DNA of 64,000 nt. Origin: Eubacteriales bacterium. Its GTDB lineage: Bacteria; Bacillota; Clostridia; Oscillospirales; JAAYXM01. The translations under genes and the position numbers were made by a program. Location of the stretch: NCBI GenBank assembly GCA_045595365.1, contig JAZOAI010000005.1:1198-65197 (forward strand), written 5' to 3'. The notes under the pieces are model-generated. The model saw only the letters and a list, made by a program, of their open reading frames with translations, searched no databases and was not told the origin of the DNA. Below, piece by piece: positions 52,393 through 60,524 of this stretch. Positions within the stretch are counted from its first letter, which is position 1, and each line of letters begins with the position of its first letter.

Positions 52393-53571
52393 TTATTTTG
52401 AAGCTTTGAGAATTTCAACTTTGTCGAGCCTTTCCCAGGGAAGGTCAAGGTCGTTTCTTCCAAAGTGACCGTATGCTGCCGTCTGCTTGTAAATCGGGCG
52501 GCGGAGGTCAAACTGCTCTATAATCTTGAGAGGGCGCATATCAAAGTTTTCCATAACAATCTGCGAGAGCTTTTCGTCAGACAAAACGCCGGTGCCGAAG
52601 GAATCAACGAAAACAGAAACCGGGTTTGCAACGCCTATTGCATAAGCAAGCTCAATTTCGCAACGCTCAGCAAGCCCTGCCGCAACAATGTTTTTGGCAA
52701 TATATCTTGCCATATATGCAGCACTTCTGTCAACCTTTGTCGGGTCCTTGCCGGAGAAAGCGCCACCGCCGTGGCGGGCAAAGCCGCCGTATGTGTCGAC
52801 GATAATCTTGCGCCCGGTGAGTCCCGAGTCGCCGTGAGGCCCGCCGATTACGAAACGGCCTGTCGGATTGATGAGGAATTTCGTGTCTTTGTCGATTAAT
52901 TCCTCTGGCATAACGGGGAGAATAACGTGTTTCTTAACGGCCTCGCGGAGAGCTTCAAGCGAGATTGTGTCAAGGTGCTGGGTTGAAACAACGATAGTAT
53001 CACAGCGCTTTATCTTGTTCCCGTCATACTCAAACGTAACCTGGGACTTTCCGTCAGGACAGAGAAAATCAAGCTCGCCGGATTTTCTGACATCTGCAAG
53101 GCGCTTTGAAAGCTTGTGTGCATAGGTGATGGGGGCGGGCATAAACTCGGGAGTCTCGTTGCAGGCATAGCCGAACATCATTCCCTGATCCCCTGCGCCT
53201 ATCTTGTTTGCAATATCAGCGTTTGAGTCCTTAAACTCAAAGGAATTGTCAACGCCGAGTGCGATGTCAGCTGACTGCTCATCTATTGAAGAGAGAACAG
53301 CGCAGGTTTTTGAATCAAAGCCCATAAGCGGGTTGTTATAACCGATTTCGTCAATGGTCCTTCTGACCGTAGCGGGGATATCAACGTAACAGTCGGTTGA
53401 AATTTCACCCATAACAAGGGCCATGCCGGTCGTGACGATAGTTTCACACGCAACGCGTGCAGTTTTGTCCTGTTCAAGGATAGAGTCTAAAATTGCGTCG
53501 GAAATCTGGTCGCATACCTTGTCGGGATGCCCCTCTGTAACCGATTCTGATGTAAATTTATAAAGTGCCAT
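52393..53571 (-). CDS. metK: S-adenosylmethionine synthetase
   Basis: [28 protein letters not shown]. Confidence 0.99.
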   Translation of the reverse strand: MALYKFTSESVTEGHPDKVCDQISDAILDSILEQDKTARVACETIVTTGMALVMGEISTDCYVDIPATVRRTIDEIGYNNPLMGFDSKTCAVLSSIDEQSADIALGVDNSFEFKDSNADIANKIGAGDQGMMFGYACNETPEFMPAPITYAHKLSKRLADVRKSGELDFLCPDGKSQVTFEYDGNKIKRCDTIVVSTQHLDTISLEALREAVKKHVILPVMPEELIDKDTKFLINPTGRFVIGGPHGDSGLTGRKIIVDTYGGFARHGGGAFSGKDPTKVDRSAAYMARYIAKNIVAAGLAERCEIELAYAIGVANPVSVFVDSFGTGVLSDEKLSQIVMENFDMRPLKIIEQFDLRRPIYKQTAAYGHFGRNDLDLPWERLDKVEILKASK

Positions 53572-53747
53572 ATCGAAAAACTCCAGACATATTTTTTATT
53601 ATAAAAATATAATACCAAATAATATGTCAAAAATCAATGTTTTTTGACTTCGTTTTCATAGTTGCCCGAGAAACTAACATATCAGAATAATTATGCCTCT
53701 TTCTGGAAAGGATAGTAATAAATTCTTGACAAAGAGAGGTTTGTTTT

Positions 53748-54416
53748 ATGTTCAAACACGAAAAACAGTTGTTTCATCCCGTAGAAGTAGAAAGACCCAA
53801 TCCACAATATGCCGCACTTTTGCAGGAACAGCTCGGCGGCGGAAACGGCGAGCTCAAGGCCGCGATGCAATATATGTCGCAGAGCTTCAGAGTAAAAGAC
53901 CCCGAAATTAAAGATTTGTTTCTCGATATAGCGGCAGAAGAACTCGGGCACATAGAAATGATTGCCCAGACGATAAACTTCTTAAACGGCCACGATGTAG
54001 ATGCAAGCAAAGTTCCCGCAGGAGAAATCCAGTCGCACGTCATACTCGGGCTGAATCCGGGGCTTATAAATGCATCGGGTTACTCCTGGACAGGCGACTA
54101 TGTAACCGTTACAGGTGATTTGTGTGCCGACTTGCTGTCCAACATAGCATCAGAGCAGAGGGCAAAGGTTGTGTATGAGTATTTGTACAGGCAGATTGAT
54201 GACAAAAAGGTAAAAGAAACAATAGATTTTCTCCTAAACCGCGAAGAGGCGCATAATCAGATGTTCCGCGATGCCTTCAATAAGGTTCAGGATACGGGCT
54301 CTAACCGCGATTTCGGAACGACAAAAGCGGCGAGAATGTATTTCAGTATGTCAAGCCCGTCTCCTGCGGGGAACAACAAATCGGAAGTCAACACAGAAAA
54401 ACCGTCATTCAATTAA
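53748..54416 (+). CDS. Manganese catalase family protein
   Basis: EQLGG..GEL.AAMQY, DIAAEELGH.E, REEAH. Confidence 0.92.
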   Translation: MFKHEKQLFHPVEVERPNPQYAALLQEQLGGGNGELKAAMQYMSQSFRVKDPEIKDLFLDIAAEELGHIEMIAQTINFLNGHDVDASKVPAGEIQSHVILGLNPGLINASGYSWTGDYVTVTGDLCADLLSNIASEQRAKVVYEYLYRQIDDKKVKETIDFLLNREEAHNQMFRDAFNKVQDTGSNRDFGTTKAARMYFSMSSPSPAGNNKSEVNTEKPSFN

Positions 54417-54421
54417 AAAAC

Positions 54422-54459
54422 AAAGGGCAGTGCATTTGTCAAATGCATTGCCCTTTTTG
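54422..54459 (+). terminator. Terminator after catalase
   Basis: aaagggcagtgcattt/aaatgcattgcccttttt. Confidence 0.85.
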
Positions 54460-54498
54460 TATAATTATGTTATAATGATTTCATCAAAGATGAAATCA

Positions 54499-54586
54499 AT
54501 GAATTGTCTTCGGCATGAATTGCACCCGTCGGTGCATAAAGGCAATTCATGTTGCTTGCAACAATTCATGGCTTTAGCCAATTCAT
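54499..54586. repeat. Branched palindromic repeat (2x ATGAATTG, 3x CAATTCAT)
   Basis: Octamers at 54499, 54515 and 54543, 54562, 54579, separated by mini-hairpins. Confidence 0.8.
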
Positions 54587-54622
54587 TAAAAAATAGTTGC
54601 ATCTAAATCGTTCACTGATTCT

Positions 54623-54685
54623 AAAGTTTGAAATGTTAGGGACAAAATTTTTATCCTGACTTGACAAAAGTCGAATTATGTCGAA
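54623..54685. repeat. Island repeat site copy 1 (GTTAGGGACAAAA followed by TTTTATCCTGACTTGACA..TGTCGAA)
   Basis: Shares core with copies at 57911, 58599 and 60294. Confidence 0.7.
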
Positions 54686-54768
54686 TGGTGGAGAAAAGTA
54701 AAAACAATTATATAATTTTAAAAGTATTAATTCTATGATGCAACTATATAAAATTTATGGAGGTATTT

Positions 54769-55089
54769 ATGTCTATGTTAAAGTGTCCAAATTGTGGGCA
54801 AGTATATAATGATGGTAACACATATTATTGTTTGAGATGTAATGTGAAATTACAATCAATAAATAATGTGAAAGAAATAAAAAATCCTGAATTAACAGAT
54901 GCTTCAAGTAGAGTAATAGGAACTATTAATCCTTCAGTACCAACAATAACATGTCCGTATTGTCAATCAACAGATTGCAAGAAAATTTCCGGATTATCAA
55001 AAGCGGGCAGTGTAGCATTATGGGGAATATTTGCTTTGGGGAAAACAGCAAAACAGTGGCACTGTAATAATTGTAAAAGTGATTTTTAA
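54769..55089 (+). CDS. Double zinc-ribbon hypothetical protein
   Basis: CPNC..CLRC and CPYC..CNNC with central hydrophobic Gly-rich segment; GGAGG RBS. Confidence 0.75.
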   Translation: MSMLKCPNCGQVYNDGNTYYCLRCNVKLQSINNVKEIKNPELTDASSRVIGTINPSVPTITCPYCQSTDCKKISGLSKAGSVALWGIFALGKTAKQWHCNNCKSDF

Positions 55090-55120
55090 GGTTTTCTTGA
55101 ACCTAAACTTACTGGTTTAA

Positions 55121-56290
55121 GTGTCATTTAAATGTAAGGATGTGAGTGGGTTGAATAATTTTGATTATGATACTTTTAAATTAAAATATGAAGATAAAAA
55201 AAGACGTACTTTTTTTGAGTATATTGAGGAAAATTTTGGTGAAACCGATAAAAAATATATTCTTGAAAATATGACCGAGGAACAAATTATATCTTCATTA
55301 GAGTATTACATATCCACGGGAATTAAGTATCAAATAACAGCTAATAATTATTTCACTTACTTAACCATATTGTTTGATGATTTGAATAAGTCGTATGGAA
55401 TTGTCAATAGAATATTTGTTGATAAGACTCTGTATGAAAAATTATCAGTTGTTGTTAAAGAAAAAGTGAAAAAATTAAATGAGAAGGAAATTAAAGAAAT
55501 CGCACCAGATGATATTTTTTATGTGGTTCAAGGAGATATCAGAAGCGAATTGAAGAGTCTTGTTAAAAACTTGAGTGAAGAAAAGACAGAATCATCGATT
55601 TTCAAACTTAAAAATGTTAGCAATTTAATGTCTTTGATTGCAATAAATTTAATTTTTGATTACGGGTTCAAAGGAAAGATCATAACCACCATAAAACTGA
55701 GTGATTATGATGTCAATAAAAATTCTCTTATCATAAATAATATTCAAATAAAACTTAGAGATATCTATCGAGAGGCTATAAGTATATATCTAAAACAAAG
55801 GGATCATATATTAGTTTCTAATAATGAAAAAACAGAGTATTTTTTTATTAACACAATAGGAAAGAGTTATACTGTTAATAAAACTCCAGATTATTCTGGA
55901 CTGTTTTCATATTTAAAAAATAACTACGGGCATGTGTCTACTAATCAATACGCTTACAATAAAATAATAAAATTTATTCATAAAGGTATTGATGTTATCA
56001 CTTTAAGTAAAATAACAGGGCATTCGTTAGAAAAAATTATACAGTTATTGGAGTATTATAACGAGGAAATCAAGAATCTTTCGCCGGGAGATTATTTTAA
56101 AAACTCTGAAAATGAGGAAGAAAAAATATATATCGATTCTATAGATGAAAGATTTATGATATGTCCAAATTGCAAAAGGAAAGTTTTATCAAATGCCAAT
56201 GAGTGGATCGTTGTAATATATGAAGATGAAAACATACCTAAATTAGTCTGTAGACATTGTGGGGGTAAAGATGAAAAAGATTATATTTAA
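55121..56290 (+). CDS. Degenerate tyrosine-recombinase-like protein with C-terminal Zn ribbon
   Basis: LIFDYGFK..I..IKLSDYD and KGIDVITLSKITGHS echo integrase boxes; CPNC..CRHC. Confidence 0.6.
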   Translation: MSFKCKDVSGLNNFDYDTFKLKYEDKKRRTFFEYIEENFGETDKKYILENMTEEQIISSLEYYISTGIKYQITANNYFTYLTILFDDLNKSYGIVNRIFVDKTLYEKLSVVVKEKVKKLNEKEIKEIAPDDIFYVVQGDIRSELKSLVKNLSEEKTESSIFKLKNVSNLMSLIAINLIFDYGFKGKIITTIKLSDYDVNKNSLIINNIQIKLRDIYREAISIYLKQRDHILVSNNEKTEYFFINTIGKSYTVNKTPDYSGLFSYLKNNYGHVSTNQYAYNKIIKFIHKGIDVITLSKITGHSLEKIIQLLEYYNEEIKNLSPGDYFKNSENEEEKIYIDSIDERFMICPNCKRKVLSNANEWIVVIYEDENIPKLVCRHCGGKDEKDYI

Positions 56291-56708
56291 AGAAAGTGCG
56301 TATAATTATTTGCCCATATACAGAGTTTTTGGGGATGAGAGTTTAGATGAAATTACATATAAAAACTACTTGGAAGATTTTCCGGAAGTGGAAAATATAA
56401 AAAAGGAAATTGTAATCAATCAAATAAAAAGAGTAAAGCCAATAGTAGACGCTTTAAAGGAAAAATACAATTATAAATGCCAGCTTTGTGGATTTAACTT
56501 TAAAATGAAGAATGGAAATGAATATTGTGAAGCACATCATTTAGTACAACTTTCTTTAGGCGGTAGTCAAAACCCTGAGAATGTTATAATTATTTGCCCT
56601 AATCATCATAGAATGTTACATTTTGCACAAGAAATCAAGTATAATTATATTTCAAATAAATTAGAATCGATACAAATAAATGATGAAAAATATTATGTGC
56701 AGAGATGA
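56271..56708 (+). CDS. HNH endonuclease
   Basis: YKCQLCG..CEAHHL..LSLGG..N...CPNHHRMLH. Confidence 0.9.
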   Translation: MKKIIFKESAYNYLPIYRVFGDESLDEITYKNYLEDFPEVENIKKEIVINQIKRVKPIVDALKEKYNYKCQLCGFNFKMKNGNEYCEAHHLVQLSLGGSQNPENVIIICPNHHRMLHFAQEIKYNYISNKLESIQINDEKYYVQR

Positions 56709-56826
56709 TTTTTCACTTCTAACTTAAAACGAACAATTTCTAATTAGATTGTCAGCGATATTGTACAGTCTTTATAGCAGACAGTATAGCTAGAAAGTGC
56801 AAAACTCTTTTACGGAGGTTATACAT

Positions 56827-57678
56827 ATGGATAATAAAATACAGATGTTTGAAGATAAAAGAATAAGAACTGCATGGAATGAAGAAACAGAAGAATGGTA
56901 TTTTTCTGTTGTTGATGTAGTGTCGGTTTTGACAGATAGTGCAGATGGAAGAAAATACTGGAACAAATTAAAGCAGAGATTAAAAGAAGAAGGAAATGAA
57001 ACGGTGACAAATTGTCACCAGTTGAAAATGACTGCAGCTGATGGAAAGAAAAGATTGACAGATGTTGCTGACACAGAACAACTTTTGCGAATCATACAAT
57101 CTATACCATCACCAAAAGCTGAGCCTTTTAAGTTGTGGTTAGCACAAGTAGGCAGAGAGCGAATTGAAGAAACCATTGACCCGGAACTAACAATAGAAAG
57201 AGCGCTTGAAACATATCTTAAAAAAGGTTATACACGAGAGTGGATAAATCAAAGATTACAAGCTATTCAGGTAAGAAAAGAACTTACAGATGAATGGGAT
57301 GCAAGAGGCGTTCAAAAGGGTGTTGAGTATGCAATACTCACAGACGAAATTACAAAAGCATGGGCAGGAATGACAACAAGAAAATATAAAAATCTCAAAG
57401 GTCTTACAAAAGAAAACTTAAGAGATAATATGAGCACCCTTGAACTTGTTCTCAATATGCTTGCGGAAGCAACAACCACAGAATTGTCAAAAAAGGAGCA
57501 ACCACAAAGTTTTGATGATAATATAAAAATTGCTCGTGAAGGTGGTTCCATTGCCGGAGATACAAGAAAAGCTATTGAAAAAAGAACAGGCGATTCAATA
57601 ATAACATCAAAAAATGCAACAGAGTTAAGTCAGGTTGTGGTTGATTTGATTGAAAATATATCAAAAGATGATGAATAA
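56827..57678 (+). CDS. Bro-N domain protein (phage antirepressor-like)
   Basis: IRTAW..EEWYFSVVDV, ADGKKR.TDVA, IQSIPSPKAEPFK.WLA. Confidence 0.9.
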   Translation: MDNKIQMFEDKRIRTAWNEETEEWYFSVVDVVSVLTDSADGRKYWNKLKQRLKEEGNETVTNCHQLKMTAADGKKRLTDVADTEQLLRIIQSIPSPKAEPFKLWLAQVGRERIEETIDPELTIERALETYLKKGYTREWINQRLQAIQVRKELTDEWDARGVQKGVEYAILTDEITKAWAGMTTRKYKNLKGLTKENLRDNMSTLELVLNMLAEATTTELSKKEQPQSFDDNIKIAREGGSIAGDTRKAIEKRTGDSIITSKNATELSQVVVDLIENISKDDE

Positions 57679-57693
57679 TAGAGGAGTTCCTGT

Positions 57694-57903
57694 ATGAGCA
57701 AAGAGGGGGAATTTTTAATCTTTTACATTGAGATATATAGGTCTGCAAAAAATCTAAAAGGAAAAGAAGTTATGCAGCTGTTTCAAAAATATAATGTCTG
57801 TGAATATATAATGGACTGTTATGGTGCATTGCATACCACCGGAACAAATTATATTATCAACGATATAGATTTGTATATTGAAGCAAGACAAGTTGCTGTG
57901 TAA
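57694..57903 (+). CDS. DUF3791 family protein
   Basis: F.IE.Y....L.G.EV..LF.KY...EYI...Y..LHT.G..YI..DI. Confidence 0.8.
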   Translation: MSKEGEFLIFYIEIYRSAKNLKGKEVMQLFQKYNVCEYIMDCYGALHTTGTNYIINDIDLYIEARQVAV

Positions 57904-57910
57904 AGAATAA

Positions 57911-57967
57911 ATTTTTTTGTCCCTAACTTGACAAAATCATAAAGTTTGATATGCAAAGGACAAAAAA
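57911..57967. repeat. Island repeat site copy 2 (imperfect palindrome)
   Basis: TTTTTTGTCC...GGACAAAAAA; first 33 bp identical to 58599-58631. Confidence 0.85.
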
Positions 57968-58013
57968 GCCTTCCCCTTGAGGGGAAGGTGGACCGCTTGC
58001 GGTGGATGAGGTG
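57965..58013 (+). repeat. REP-like palindrome, left arm
   Basis: ccttccccttgaggggaagg..gatgaggtg; inverted partner at 58541-58588. Confidence 0.85.
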
Positions 58014-58018
58014 GAAAG

Positions 58019-58540
58019 ATGATAATATTAATTACAGGTGCATCGCATACAGGTAAAACTGTTTTGGCACAGAAATTACTTGAAAAATATAAATTTCCTT
58101 ATCTGTCAATAGACCATTTGAAAATGGGATTGATTCGTAGCAAACAAACTGACCTTACGCCTATGAGTGAGGATGCAAAACTCACAAAGTATTTATGGCC
58201 TATTGTCCGTGAAATGATTAAAACCGCTATAGAAAACAATCAAAATTTAATTGTTGAGGGATGTTATATTCCTTTTAATTGGGAAAAAGATTTTGAAAAT
58301 GACTATCTAAAAAATATCAAATATTATTGTCTTGTAATGAGCCAAAACTATATCAAGCATCATTACAAAGATATAACAAAGTATGCGAGTGTGATTGAAA
58401 ATCGTTTGAACGATGAAGATTACACAATGGAAAGTGCTATTGAGGAAAACAGTTTAATTTTGGAACTGGCAGAAAAACACAATGTTCATTATATACTTAT
58501 TGATGATAAATATAGTGTAAATGTTGATTTAGAGTATTAA
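58019..58540 (+). CDS. P-loop kinase/AAA family protein
   Basis: ITGASHTGKT, SIDHLKMGLIRS, LIVEG. Confidence 0.85.
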   Translation: MIILITGASHTGKTVLAQKLLEKYKFPYLSIDHLKMGLIRSKQTDLTPMSEDAKLTKYLWPIVREMIKTAIENNQNLIVEGCYIPFNWEKDFENDYLKNIKYYCLVMSQNYIKHHYKDITKYASVIENRLNDEDYTMESAIEENSLILELAEKHNVHYILIDDKYSVNVDLEY

Positions 58541-58588
58541 CACCTCATCAGTCACTTCGTGACAGCTTCCCCTTGAGGGGAAGCCTTT
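58541..58588 (-). repeat. REP-like palindrome, right arm
   Basis: cacctcatc..cttccccttgaggggaag; starts immediately after the TAA stop. Confidence 0.85.
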
Positions 58589-58598
58589 GAAAAAACAT

Positions 58599-58661
58599 AT
58601 TTTTTTGTCCCTAACTTGACAAAATCATAAAAAAGATGTCGAATTATGTTAGGAATAAAAA
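58599..58661. repeat. Island repeat site copy 3 (CCTAAC...GTTAGG palindrome)
   Basis: TTTTTGTCCCTAACTTGACA...TGTCGAATTATGTTAGGAATAAAAA. Confidence 0.85.
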
Positions 58662-58666
58662 GCCTC

Positions 58667-59749
58667 GTCAGATTGTCAAGCCAAGTGCAACACTTTTTTT
58701 AATAAACTCCAAAGGAGATAAAAAGCCCAAGCATTTACGAGGTCTGTTATTGATTAATGAAACAACTGCATCCAATCTTTCCTGGGGAAGATTGCGAAAA
58801 TCAGTACCTCTTGGAAAGAAAAAACGAATTAAACCATTAATGTTTTCATTACTGCCTCTTTGCCACGGTGAATGGGAATCAGCGAAATAAACTGTTAAAT
58901 CGTTTTCTTTTTCGATGTCCCTAAAACCAAGAAACTCTGTTCCATTATCCAATGTAAGCGTTAAAGGTTTGATGACATCAGGTAGTTTTGAAAAAGCTTG
59001 TTTGAACGCTTGATTAATTACAGGAATAGTTTTATCTTCACATTTAGCAGCTATGAGTAGACGCGAACGTCTATCTATACCTGTTACAAGATAACCTTTT
59101 CCTACAGAACCGTAAATTGTATCTCCTTCAAAATCGCCAAAACGAGAACGATTATCTGAATCAATAGGTCTATCATGAATGGAACTGTCGAAGAATCGAG
59201 TGTAAGACTTTTTCTGATTAGAATAAGGCTTTGCCTTTCTTCTGAAATGTGCCCACGGTTTGATTCCCGGGAAGTTTCCTGATCTGACAGCACGATAAAT
59301 TGATGAAAAGGATAGTTTGTCAGAGTGTTCGGCATTCCATCTTCCTGCGATAATCTCGGGCGACCAATATTGAAGTAATCCATCAAACGTAAATTGATAC
59401 ATCTCTGCATTCAGGAGCAACTGACTCTTTCTGTGGCAGTCTTTTCTGCGACAAATATATTTGACATTTGCACCCCAAGCATGATAATGATTTTTCTTTT
59501 TGCTCCAATTTCGCTTGAGTTCTCGGCTTATTGTAGATGGGCTTCTGCCTAAAATCTCCGCAATTTGTCTACGACTTTTACCTTTCTTTAATAAATCTTG
59601 TAGACAAATTCGTTCATCTAGTGTAAAATGTGTATAAGACTTCATTCTTAACCTCCGTGTTGTTGTATTTGTGGTTATTTACATTTTACACTAAGGTAAG
59701 TATGAAGTCTATTCTTTTTTAGGTGTTGCACTTGATATTATAATCTGCC
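58667..59749 (-). mobile_element. IS30-family insertion sequence
   Basis: Terminal IRs CAGATTGTCAAGCCAAGTGCAACAC and CAGATTATAATATCAAGTGCAACAC around transposase. Confidence 0.93.
58668..59645 (-). CDS. IS30-family transposase
   Basis: HTH STISRELKRN, WSPE, GDFEGDT, DNGTEF, SPWQRGSNEN, NNRPRKCLG. Confidence 0.97.
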   Translation of the reverse strand: MKSYTHFTLDERICLQDLLKKGKSRRQIAEILGRSPSTISRELKRNWSKKKNHYHAWGANVKYICRRKDCHRKSQLLLNAEMYQFTFDGLLQYWSPEIIAGRWNAEHSDKLSFSSIYRAVRSGNFPGIKPWAHFRRKAKPYSNQKKSYTRFFDSSIHDRPIDSDNRSRFGDFEGDTIYGSVGKGYLVTGIDRRSRLLIAAKCEDKTIPVINQAFKQAFSKLPDVIKPLTLTLDNGTEFLGFRDIEKENDLTVYFADSHSPWQRGSNENINGLIRFFFPRGTDFRNLPQERLDAVVSLINNRPRKCLGFLSPLEFIKKSVALGLTI

Positions 59750-60176
59750 CCCCCTTGCCTAAAGGGGGCTGGCACCGCAGGTGACTGGGGGATTCATGGG
59801 AGGTGTCAGTCAAAGACTGACGGAGGGATTCTTTCACTGCATTATCAATGTACATACAACCCCCCTCAAAGTTTCTATTTACCTCGTTATTAGGTATTCT
59901 AATAATCGTCAAATTTCTTTTCTCAATTCTTTCTGTCCTGATTTTATCTTTTAACAATCCTTTTTCCTCATAATGCTGTGAACCATCAAGTTCAATAATT
60001 AATCTTGCACTATGGCAATAGAAATCAACTATATAATTATCAATTATCTTTTGTCTTAAAAAACTAACGGGATAACTTTTCAAGAAATCATACCAAAGAT
60101 GTCGTTCTTCTTTTGTCATATTCTTTCTCAATGTTCGTGCATTTGTTGTTAATTCTGTGTTATGCTTTCTATCCAT
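59709..60176 (-). CDS. DUF559 (Vsr-like) endonuclease; C-terminus reads through repeats and IS end
   Basis: ARTLRKNMTKEERHLW, FLRQ..I..YIVDFYC, IELDGSQH. Confidence 0.9.
   Translation of the reverse strand: MDRKHNTELTTNARTLRKNMTKEERHLWYDFLKSYPVSFLRQKIIDNYIVDFYCHSARLIIELDGSQHYEEKGLLKDKIRTERIEKRNLTIIRIPNNEVNRNFEGGCMYIDNAVKESLRQSLTDTSHESPSHLRCQPPLGKGGQIIISSATPKKE
59747..59831 (+). repeat. REP-like palindromes at 3' side of DUF559
   Basis: ccccttgcctaaaggggg..gggggattc and gggaggtgtcag..ctgacggagggattc. Confidence 0.8.
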
Positions 60177-60179
60177 ATT

Positions 60180-60275
60180 GAATCCCCTCGCCACTTCGTG
60201 GTCCTCTCCCCTTTAGACAAGGGGCGCTTTTCTCCACCACCTTCGGTGGTTCCCCTCCCTTTAGGCAAGGGGGGC
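60180..60275 (-). repeat. Two REP-like palindromes at 5' side of DUF559
   Basis: gaatcccc..cccctttagacaagggg and ccctttaggcaaggggggc; inverted relative to 59747 copy. Confidence 0.8.
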
Positions 60276-60293
60276 ATTTTTCTTTCGCCAATT

Positions 60294-60337
60294 TTCGACA
60301 TCCTTACTATGATTGTGTCAAGTCAGGGACAAAAAAT
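60294..60337 (-). repeat. Island repeat site copy 4 (inverted)
   Basis: Reverse complement TTTTTTGTCCCTGACTTGACACAATCATAGTAAGGATGTCGAA. Confidence 0.85.
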
Positions 60338-60339
60338 GT

Positions 60340-60391
60340 TGTAGGGGACATTCACGAATGTCCCGCGGGCGATTCTTGAATCGCCCCTACA
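60340..60391. repeat. GTAG-type REP doublet
   Basis: tgtaggggacattcacgaatgtccc/gggcgattcttgaatcgcccctaca. Confidence 0.8.
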
Positions 60392-60458
60392 TTTTAACCC
60401 TTACATCTCATCCTTTATCAGGGATGTAAGGTTTGGATGCAAAGATTTCAAAGGCTTT

Positions 60459-60481
60459 GGCAGATTGTCAAGCCAAGTGCA
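60459..60481 (+). mobile_element. Orphan IS30 terminal IR
   Basis: GGCAGATTGTCAAGCCAAGTGCA; 21-bp core identical to 58669-58689. Confidence 0.85.
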
Positions 60482-60524
60482 TATACCCTCAAGAATTTCT
60501 TGGGGGTTTTATCTCTAATCACTC

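Larger units (their letters stand above)
54635..60481. mobile_element. AT-rich accessory island
   Basis: Visible drop in GC, accessory genes, repeats and IS30. Confidence 0.8.

Noticed and set aside
53572-53640. SAM riboswitch upstream of metK
   Set aside because: The leader is very short and AT-rich, with no S-box or SMK-box consensus.
56746-56757. TAGATTGTCAGC as another IS30 end
   Set aside because: Only ~9 bp match, which could be chance.
54499-60337. Island repeats as a CRISPR array
   Set aside because: Copies are separated by whole genes or by ~10-nt linkers, not regular 30-40 nt spacers, and no cas genes are present.
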